A stretch of DNA of 63,094 bases, the filler included, from Octopus bimaculoides (lineage: Eukaryota): assembly GCF_001194135.2 (NCBI RefSeq). It is 3 parts of 3 records of this genome, joined end to end, with 100 filler letters (N's around TTAATTAATTAA, not from the genome) between each part and the next. Parts side by side here need not be neighbours in the genome. Positions count along the whole stretch, not along the records: positions 27,862 to 57,228 come from NC_068987.1; positions 57,329 to 63,094 come from NC_068982.1; 1 more part is not named here. One strand, written 5' to 3'. Shown here in pieces: positions 54,190 to 63,094 of the stretch. Every line of letters starts with the position of its first letter. Positions within the stretch are counted from its first letter, which is position 1. Both the position numbers and the translations under genes were made by a program. The notes under the pieces were generated by a model. It searched no databases. It was not told where the DNA came from and saw only the letters and a program-made list of their open reading frames with translations.

Positions 54190-54560
54190 CTAGTAGTAAC
54201 TTCTCTAGAAAATGGACAAAATTTGGCATTGTCATGCTGCCAAGTATCTCCACATGTCACAGTTTTGCGATGTTCCTCTACCCTTATTTTGATGGGGCAA
54301 CATATTTCACCTTCGTATAACCTACCACAGCTGCATGGGATGGAGTACATACAGTCTTTGGTCATATTCTTTTCTATTGGTGGTTTTACTCGAAGGAGAT
54401 ATTTGCTAAGTGTTGTATTACTCTTGAATACTGTCTTGGTATCATATGGGCCAAATATCTCTTGTATCTTTTTGGAGAGGCCTTTCACATAGGGTTGACA
54501 GACTATGGTCAGTATATGGGTTTCATCCTCTCTTCTCGTCATAATTGGTTGCTAGATTAG
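54190..54560 (-). mobile_element. Penelope-like element fragment (RT end and start of GIY-YIG endonuclease)
   Basis: PYVKGLSKKIQEIF..CMYSIPCSCGRLYEGEICCPIKIRVEEH matches the Y.IPC..C...YIGET...R..EH pattern. Confidence 0.85.
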
Positions 54561-54586
54561 GGGATAACATTCCACCTTTATCAACA

Positions 54587-54757
54587 GGCGCAGGAGTGGC
54601 TGTGTGGTAAGTAGCTTGCTTACCAACCACATGGTTCCGGGTTTATTCCCACTGCGTGGCACCTTGGGCAAGTGTCTTCTACTATAGCCTTGGGCCGACC
54701 AAAGCCTTGTGAATGGATTTGGTAGACAGAAACTGAAAGAAGCCTGTCGTATATATG

Positions 54758-54839
<82 letters not shown>

Positions 54840-55031
54840 TCCCCTCCAACATCGCTTGACAACCGATGGTGGTGTGTTTATGTCCCCGTAACTTAGTGGT
54901 TCAGCAAAGAGACCAATAGAATAAGTACTAGGCTTACAAAGAATAAGTCCTGGGGTCGATTTGCTCGACTAAAGGCGGTGCTCCAGCATGGCCGCAGTCA
55001 AATGACTGAAACAAGTAAAAGAGTAAAAGAG
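54587..55031 (+). mobile_element. Full-length CORE-type SINE, young copy
   Basis: A-box-like TGGCTGTGTGG, B-box-like GGTTTATTCCC, MIR-like core gcaccttgggcaagtg, internal (TA)(TG)n and agtaaaag tail repeat. Confidence 0.92.
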
Positions 55032-56696
55032 TGCAAAAGTGGGCAGCTGAAATTAAGAGGAGAAGGGAGAGTCCCAAAAATGACCCACGGTCTGGACATC
55101 CTGCAACTACCATCACCAAGGAAAACACTGATCATGTTTACCACAAGGTGATGGACAACAGGTGATTGACTATTAATCAAATAGCAAATGCTATTAGCAT
55201 ATCCCATAAGAGAGTGAAGGATATTCTGCTCAGTGAACTTGGTGTGATGAAGGTTTCTCCTCAGTGCATACCAAATCTTCTGACACCTGACCAAAAGTGC
55301 ACCAGGCTGATCATATCAGAGGAAAATTTGACATTGTTTGAAGTAGATCTTTAACATTTCCTAAGCCAGGATGAGTGTTGGCTTCATCACTTTGAGCCTG
55401 AGACAAAGAGACAATCTATGCAGTGGAAACACCCCCTCCTCACTTACTCCAAAGAAGGCCAAAGTTGTTTCATCTGCAGGAAAGATGATGGCCTCAGTTC
55501 TTTGGGATGCAAAGGGCATTGTGTTTATTGACTATTTTTAAAAGGACCACACCATCAATGGAAAGTACTATGCCAATTTTCTAAAGCAGTTATGGAAGGC
55601 TATCAAGACCAAACACTTAGGAAAATGGACAAAAGGGGTCTTACTTCATCAGGACAATGCTCTAGCACATAAGCCCTTGGTTTCAATGGCTGCTGTGCAT
55701 GATTGTGACTCTGAACTGGTTAATCACCCTCCATATTCTCCTGATTTGGCCCCATCTGACTATCATTTGTTCCCCAGTATGAAAAAATACTTGGCTGGGA
55801 ACTAGTATCACAGTGATGATGACATTATATCTGCATTGGTGACTTTTTTGACCAAGAGGATGAAAGCTTCTTCACCAATGGGAACCAAGCACTGCAACAC
55901 CAATGGAACTGTGTGAACCTCAAGAGGGACTATTTTGAAAAATAAACCACATTTGGTTACATTCCATGAGTATCTTGGTCAGCCTACAAACTTTTCAGCT
56001 GATCCTCATATTTTGGACAAGTTGTTTTTTTTTTCAAAATAGATAGATAGAAAAAGTAACAAAAGTAACAAAAGAATGCTGCTTTAAACTTTAAAAAAAT
56101 GTGCCTGTCTGTTATGCAGTCACCATATTAAGCAACGGTAAAATGGAAATGGGCAAAGTTATGTGGTCAACCCGTCAAGTAGCCTCGCACCATACTCCAG
56201 TCATTAACCATACCTCTGGCCTCAGTGACTTCATTATTATTGACCTTATTTTTTTTAATTTTTGCTCATAATTTGCCTTCTATTGCCAAGAACAAATAAA
56301 TATACGTGTTTATGTGTCTCAAGAGCAGTCCATTGTTTCTAGATTTGCTAACATAGATTTCCAATTAACACACAGCTAATATTTTTTTGCTTTCAAAAGT
56401 CTAAAAACAGTAGTTTGGCTTTTGTTTTGTCCTTCAGATATATTCCATAAAAATTTATATAATTAGGAAATAGCCCATTAAGTTGGGCAAAAGTACTTCC
56501 ACACAGATCTGTTCCAATTAAACAAAATTCACTGTATTAAATGTACATACATAAATACAGGAATAAGCATGGTTGTATAGTTGAGAAGTCTGCTTTGCAG
56601 CTATGTGGTTCTAAGTTCAATTCCACTGTACACAGTGCCTTTTTGGCAATACCTTTAGAGTAGAATTTAGTACACACAAACTGTGCAGAAGCCGGC

Positions 56697-56770
<74 letters not shown>

Positions 56771-56948
56771 CCTAAAAACCAATGTTGTATTCATTGCCTC
56801 TCTATGTCCCATAACTCAGCAGTTTGACAAATAAAGATCATTAAATAATTGCTAGTTTGAGATAAGTGTTGGTGTTTATATGATCACCAGTGCCTCAGCA
56901 GCACTGCAGTTCAATGATTAAAAGCAAAGAAAAAATAAAACATATATA

Positions 56949-57111
56949 GGCGCAGGAGTGGCTGTGTGGTAAGTAGCTTGCTTACCAACCACATAGTTCT
57001 GGGTTCAGTCCCACTGCGTGGCACCTTGGGCAAGTGTCTTCTACTATAGCCTTGGGCCGATCAAAGCCATGTGAGTGGATTTGGTTGACGGAAACTGAAA
57101 GAAGCCTGTCG

Positions 57112-57115
<4 letters not shown>
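56949..57115 (+). mobile_element. CORE-type SINE, 5' half
   Basis: Near-identical to 54587-54750. Confidence 0.9.
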
Positions 57116-57142
<27 letters not shown>

Positions 57143-57228
57143 TTTCTGCGGGACAACCTGTTGAAAGCCACCGACCAGATTTGTGGGTGGTGTAAGGTCC
57201 CCTCCCAACCCAGAGTAATGTGGTGGTG

Positions 57229-57328
57229 NNNNNNNNNNNNNNNNNNNNNNNNNNNNNNNNNNNNNNNNNNNNTTAATTAATTAANNNNNNNNNNNNNNNN
57301 NNNNNNNNNNNNNNNNNNNNNNNNNNNN
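57229..57328. other. Artificial scaffold-join spacer (44 N + TTAATTAATTAA + 44 N)
   Basis: Same 100-bp construct as 27762-27861. Confidence 0.96.
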
Positions 57329-57472
57329 TTAGGAAGGGCATCCAGCTGTAGAAACTCTGCCAAATCAGACTGGAGCCTGGTGTTGCCATCCGGTTTCACC
57401 AGTCCTCAGTCAAATCGTCCAACCCATGCTAGCATGGAAAGCGGACGTTAAACGATGATGATGATGATGATG

Positions 57473-57475
<3 letters not shown>
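57329..57475 (+). mobile_element. RTE LINE 3' end, young copy cut by the scaffold edge
   Basis: By eye, identical to the reverse complement of 62879-63007. Confidence 0.9.
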
Positions 57476-57506
<31 letters not shown>

Positions 57507-57700
57507 TGATCGATTAGATGGAGCTAATTGGACACAATGCAACAATGGACACAAAGCAGACGTTAAATGATGATGATGATGATGATGATGATCTAGTAGC
57601 CACGAGTGCAACTGCCTAACCCCTAGGCTATGTGCCTTTACATTGACAATTATAAAAACAGACTGCAGTTACAAAAACCACTGACGAATGTTTTACTTAC

Positions 57701-57799
57701 TCTTTGATGTGGTCTTCATTTAACGCAATCATACAATCATTTTCTTCGTTCACATCAAGATATTCCACAAGACCTTCTTTCAGGAAATCTTCAAAACTC
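57701..57799 (-). CDS. POLR3B: RNA polymerase III subunit RPC2, internal exon (99 nt)
   Basis: tttttacag acceptor and GTAAGT donor; encodes (R)[32 protein letters not shown](E), with the RPC2 motif [12 protein letters not shown]. Confidence 0.96.
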
Positions 57800-58164
57800 C
57801 TGTAAAAATGGCAAAAGCACAAAGAATTTTTAAATTTCTTTCAAATTTTATGAAGACTTTTAAATTCATGATGATTTCAGTTGAAACTGAGATAAACAAA
57901 TTTTTGTCTATTTTCAACTGATTTGTAGATAACAGCTTGACCCTTTTTTTAATGCCAAACTGCTTCTAAGCCCCTCCATTCCACGAAATTAATTGTGTTT
58001 TTAAATGATCTAAATTAAAACCTTCCATCAAAGTTTCATGTTAATTTATATCTTCCAAACACAAAGTTAATAAATGACAAAGACATTTTACTGTGTATGT
58101 GTGTGTGTTTGCATGTGTGTGTGTGTGTGTTTGCATGTGTGTGTGTGTGTGTGTGTGTGTGTAT

Positions 58165-58330
58165 ACAACGTGTTTCTTTCAGTTTCTGTCTACCAAATCC
58201 ACTCACAAGGGTTTGGTCATCCCGAGGCTATAGTAGAAGACACTTGACCAAAGTGCTAAGCAATGGGACTAAACCCAGAACCATGTGGTTGGTAAACAAG
58301 CTACTTACCACACAGCCACTCCTGCGCCTA
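58165..58330 (-). mobile_element. CORE-type SINE, 5' half
   Basis: Reverse complement of the aggcgcaggagtggctgtgtggtaag head and core. Confidence 0.88.
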
Positions 58331-58992
58331 TATATCACTCTACTGAGTGGTTAGCATTAGAAAAAGCATCCAGCTGTAAAAATCCTGCCAAAACAGTCAC
58401 AAGAGTCTGGTGCAGGCTTCTGCTTGGCCGGCCCTTGTGAAACCATTCCACTCATGCTAGCATGGAAGGTGGACGTTAAACGATGATGATGATGATATCT
58501 ACGCTTGACAACCAGTGTTGGTGTGTTTATGTCCCCATAACTTTGCACCTCAGCAAAAGAGACTGACAGAAAAAGTACCAGGCTTTAAAAAAAAAAAGTC
58601 AATATGCTCGACTTGGGGTCAAACGGGGTTGAACAGGGTCAATACGTTCAACTAAAATTCTTCAAGGTGGTGTGCCCCAGCATGGCCACAGTCTAATGCC
58701 TGAAACAAGTAAAAGATAAAGAGATGTCTATGCAAGAAAACCATCATCATCACCATCATCACCGCTAACAGTAATAAGAGGGTGATGGATTCACAGAATT
58801 ACAAGAGCACTAGATAAAATGCTTTAGGTTCAAATCCAGCTGAAGTCAACTTTACTGTTTATCCTTTCAAGGGACAACAGAATAAAGTATTGGGTACTAC
58901 TTACACACAGCGTGCAAGTTGTATGCTTGTGTTGTGCGATTGTATCAGGCATGTTCTGCTGTAGGTTTATGAAACAATAGAGCAATATTTAC

Positions 58993-59067
58993 CGAAATCC
59001 TTGGGAAAGTTCTTCAATATGTTTATTGGTAACCAGAGGGATGCTTTTCGTGACAATGATGTAAGGT
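58993..59067 (-). CDS. POLR3B: RNA polymerase III subunit RPC2, internal exon (75 nt)
   Basis: tttttgcag acceptor and GTAAAT donor; encodes (R)[24 protein letters not shown](R); phases fit both neighbouring exons. Confidence 0.95.
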
Positions 59068-59439
59068 CTGCAAAAACAGAAGTCAACCAATTCAATTACA
59101 AAATATTCCAAATTTAGGTAAAATTCTTAAAGTGTAAAATTTAGTAATAACGAAGAAACATACAATCAGGTTTTCTTACAATTATTTCATGCTACTAATT
59201 AAAATAACGATCTGGTAGCTGTGTACCATGTCAAAATGGTAAATCATCACCATCACTGTTTTATGTCTACTTATTTTGTGGTTGCATGGGTCAGAAGATT
59301 CTTTGTTGAGGGAGGTTTCCCTATGGTCAGATGCTCTTTAAGGCACCAATCTTCACCTGTTTCCACCTGAGGTAATTTTTCTTTTAAGTCTTTCAAACAA
59401 TGAACACTCAATGGCCTGACAAGCTTTCTTGGAGTCACC

Positions 59440-60250
59440 ATCATCATCATCGTTTAACGTCCATATTCCATGCTGGCATGGGTTGGACAGTTTGACTGAA
59501 GTCTGGAAAGCGAGTAGCCGCACCAGGCCCCAATATGATCTGGCACTGTTTCTACAGCTGGATGCCCTTCCTAACGCCAACCATTCCGAGAGTGTAGTGG
59601 ATGCTTTTTACGTGTCACCGGCACAGGAGCCAGTCAGACGGGCTTGGCATCGATCACCTTTGGATAGTGCTTTTTACGTGCCAACAGCACGGGGGCCAGT
59701 CACAAGGGTACTGGCATTGGCCTCATTCAGATGGTGCCTTTTATGTGCTTCTAGCTGGTTAATACTGCACAGCCGCGGCCAGTGCCATCTGACTGGCTCC
59801 CATTCCAGTGGCTCATAAAATGCATCATCTGAATGTGATCGATGCCAATGTCTCCTGAATGACTCCCATGCCAGTGGCACGTAAAAAACACCACCTGAAC
59901 ATGGTCAATGCTAGGTTCACCTGACTGGCTCCTGTGCTGGTGGCACGTAAAGAGTACCATCTAAACATGGCCGATGCCAGTACCCACTGACTGGCTCCAG
60001 TGCCAGTGGCACATAAAAAGCACTATCCGAACGCGATCAATGCCAGTGCTGCCTGACTGGCCCCCATGCTGGTGGCACATAAAAAGCATCCACTACACTC
60101 TCGAAGTGGTTAGCGTTGGGAAGGGCGCCCAGCTGTAGAAACTTTGCCAGATCAGACTGGAGCCTGGTGCAGCCTACTGGCTCGCTAGTCCTCAGTCAAA
60201 CTGTCCAACCCATGCCAGCATGGAAAACGGACATTAAACAATGATGATGA
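59440..60250. mobile_element. Two RTE 3' ends in opposite orientation (minus 59440-59760, plus 59770-60250)
   Basis: (CAT)n and (ATG)n tails point outward; tandem gtgcc..ggcac units lie in the middle. Confidence 0.88.
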
Positions 60251-60483
60251 GGGGAATCGAACCCCTATCACATTCTAACGACGGGACCACCACACAGTAA
60301 TTCAAACAACTACCATTACGGCAACTTACGGGCTCAGCGCGAGTTCAACACGGAACTAACACACTGACTCTTACAACTCCTACTGAACCCTCTCATCTCC
60401 ACCAAGATGCTACTCTTTATAAGAGTTTGGCTAGTCCATTCTTCCAATCCCCCAGGGGTGTCAATGATTCTTGCCACCACACA
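60248..60483 (-). mobile_element. Possible solo LTR inserted in an (ATG)n tail
   Basis: Minus strand runs TGTG..CCTCA with a TATAAA box; flanks gatga and gatgt; CpG-rich compared with its surroundings. Confidence 0.45.
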
Positions 60484-61654
60484 GATGTAATAAAACTGCT
60501 GAAGGAGATGGGGAATGTATTAAATGCCTAATAACCCCAGTATTTGACTGGTACTTATTTCATCAACTCACATACAATCAGACTGCCCCACCCCTAAAGG
60601 ACGAAAATCATTGGCGACAGCAGTGCAATTTGACTCAGAAGGTAAAGGGAGGTAACTAAATACTGCAAAGAATTTAATGAGGTCACACGTACTACAAGTC
60701 GCGTATTTTAATGTGTATAAGGAACCCCTTAATTTGGTGGCTTAAAATATGGAAAAACGGTTTGTAAGGGATTATAATACTATCCATGTATAAGAAACTC
60801 CCATATTTTTTAAACCTAATTTTTGAAGAAGAAAAAAGGGTTCTTTATACATGTTAAAATACAGTAATTTAACCAGAGCTATGGAAATTACACCAACCAT
60901 CACTCCCACCGCAGCCCCATTATCTAAAGGACAAAATCCCTTAAACCCTACAGTTACAGGATTATTTACAGGGCCAATATCTGGGAAGCAGATACTGACT
61001 GCCGCTGTCTTCTGCCATGGTTGGTAGGGGCCAATGGCAAAAGGGTATTGTTGAATTTACAATAAACCCTTACTTTGTAAACTACTTCTTTACGGAAACA
61101 GAATGACCAAAGTGAAATCATCACAACCAGGAAATGAAACAAGGGTTGCAGACTCAGCTCAGCGGGAGATTACTTTTACAGTGGCACAGGTATGGCTGGG
61201 TGGTTAACATTGCTTCCTAACTTTGCGGTCTTGGGTTCTGTCCCACTGCAGGCAGCTGTGTGCATGCAGGCACATGCGGCCTTGTCTTGACATCACGTGA
61301 TGGTTGCAAATGAGCATCGATGTCATACAAGAGATGTTATTTACTTCCAGTCTTCTGTGTCTGGCCACAGAGAAATATTACCATTGCCAGTGCCGCTGAA
61401 CTGGCTCCTGTGCAGGTGGCAGGTAAAATACACCATTTTGAGAGTGGCCGTTGCCAGTACCATGTGACTGGCCCTCGTGCCGGTGGCACGTAAAAGCATT
61501 CACTACTCTCTCGGAGTGGTTGGCGTTAGGAAGGGCATCCAGCTGTAGAAACTCTGCCAAATCAGATTGGAGTTTGGTGTAGCCATCTGGTTCGCCAGGC
61601 CTCAGTCAAATCGTACAACCCACGCTAGTATGGAAAGCGGACATTAAACGACAG

Positions 61655-61688
<34 letters not shown>

Positions 61689-61846
61689 AACAAGGGAGGG
61701 TTAGTGACAGGAAAAGCATCCACCCATAAAAAAACATCTGCCTGAGCAAATTCCATCAGCATGGAAAAGTGGACATTAAAAGATGATGATGATGATGATG
61801 ATAACACACAGAGATTATCTAAGCTGAATATAAGGAAACTACTCAC

Positions 61847-62000
61847 CTGCACAATCTTCCGCCATCTGTTGCAATATAGACACACCTGTGTTTATGATTG
61901 GGATAGACCGAAACAAACTCACTGATGTAACCTGCTCGTCTCATGAGACGGAATGTGTTAATGAGACGGCGGTAATCACGAATAACACCAAGAATGTTAC
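61847..62000 (-). CDS. POLR3B: RNA polymerase III subunit RPC2, internal exon (154 nt)
   Basis: tttattcag acceptor and GTGAGT donor; encodes (G)[50 protein letters not shown](R), with the RPC2 motif DGGRLCRP completed by splicing. Confidence 0.97.
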
Positions 62001-62445
62001 CTGAATAAAACAAAATAAAATAAAATAAAAAGACTTTATAAAACAAGATTTGGCGTTAGGAAGGGCATCCGGCTGTAGAAACCTTGCCATATCATATCAG
62101 ACCCATCCAAACCATCCAACCCATGCCAGCATGGAAAGCAGACGTTAAATGATGATGATGATGATGATGATGATAATGATGATGATGATGAAAAAGAACT
62201 TCGTTTATTTTTATCATTTTAGTCAGGTGGGAAGGCAATACCCTTGACCTTTAACAGGATCTCAAGAATTAGCGGAAGGGAGGAAAGGGCCCGCAAACTA
62301 GAAATCTGACCCAAGAGCTCGCAACAGAATGGACAGTGCTAAAAGCACTCAAGATACCATGTGGTTTGTTAAACCAGACAATGCATTAAGTTTATCCTCA
62401 AAGCATATAAGTTTGATAAAGGACAGCTGTAACTAGATTTTGCTA

Positions 62446-62477
<32 letters not shown>

Positions 62478-62859
62478 TTAGCATCTATGTTCCATGTAGC
62501 ATGGGTCAGACAGTTTGAGAGGAGCAACCGAGTCCAAGGTTTGCATTGTAGTCCAAGGTCTGCCATCTAACCCATGCCAGCATTGAAATCAGACGATGAT
62601 GATGATGATAGTGTTGGCAACAGAAAGGACATGAAATTGTTGAGAATCTGTCTGAATAACCTCTGGCCAACCCATGAAAGTATGGAAAAGTGGAAAAGTA
62701 GATGTTAAAACAATGATGACAATATATACAACAGGCTTCTACACAGTTTCTACCAAATCCACTTACAAGGCTATGGGATGGTTGGTCAGGGGCTTTAGCA
62801 GAAGATACCTGTCCAAGATGCCAGACAATGGAACCGAACCGAATGTTATTGATACTTCA

Positions 62860-63094
62860 TCATCATCATCATCATCATCATCGTTTAACGTCCGCTTTCC
62901 ATGCTAGCATGGGTTGGACGATTTGACTGAGGACTGGTGAAACCGGATGGCAACACCAGGCTCCAGTCTGATTTGGCAGAGTTTCTACAGCTGGATGCCC
63001 TTCCTAACGCCAACCACTCAGAGAGTGTAGTGGGTGCTTTTACGTGTCACCCGCACGAAAACGGCCACGCTCGAAATGGTGTCTTTTATGTGCC
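62860..63094 (-). mobile_element. RTE LINE 3' end, young copy
   Basis: (CAT)n tail followed by the reverse complement of the family consensus; runs off the window end. Confidence 0.92.

Larger units (their letters stand above)
54029..56008 (+). mobile_element. Mariner (DD34D) DNA transposon, defective, with nested insertions
   Basis: Inverted ends tgagg..gctgaaaagtt..taggctga flanked by TA; transposase motifs DECWLHHFEPETKRQSMQW, LHQDNALAH and HPPYSPDLAPSDYHLF at 55040-55945; stops and frameshifts. Confidence 0.94.

Noticed and set aside
54587-54660. SINE heads as tRNA genes
   Set aside because: A- and B-box-like motifs only, continuing into SINE core sequence; no cloverleaf.
59770-60100. 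Repeat units with palindromes as a CRISPR-like array
   Set aside because: The units are tandem with no unique spacers, belong to the RTE 3' UTR, and no cas genes are present in this eukaryotic DNA.

Overview
AT-rich, microsatellite-dense animal DNA with many N gaps. The repeat families suggest an octopus genome; this is an inference. Two 100-bp artificial spacers (44 N + TTAATTAATTAA + 44 N, at 27762-27861 and 57229-57328) split the window into three joined scaffolds. The left scaffold (1-27761) shows no host exon I can support and is a field of decayed transposons: two Gypsy pol fragments, a probable LTR, an L1/Tx1-like ORF1, R4/Dong-like and CR1-like LINE remnants, a Tigger/pogo transposase, MITEs and MetaSINEs with intact target-site duplications (TSDs). 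It also holds a hammerhead-ribozyme-like motif on the minus strand. The middle scaffold carries two minus-strand FAM135-family exons (46265-46344, 43136-43275) among RTE LINE fragments, CORE-type SINEs, a hAT MITE, piggyBac-like MITEs and a nested mariner. The right scaffold carries three consecutive minus-strand POLR3B exons (61847-62000, 58993-59067, 57701-57799), bracketed by two identical, inverted RTE 3' ends. Neither gene is complete here. I found no clearly new biological system. The best leads are the hammerhead motif, the inverted repeats around the POLR3B exons, and the LTR-like segment with a PPT before it and a PBS-like motif after it.
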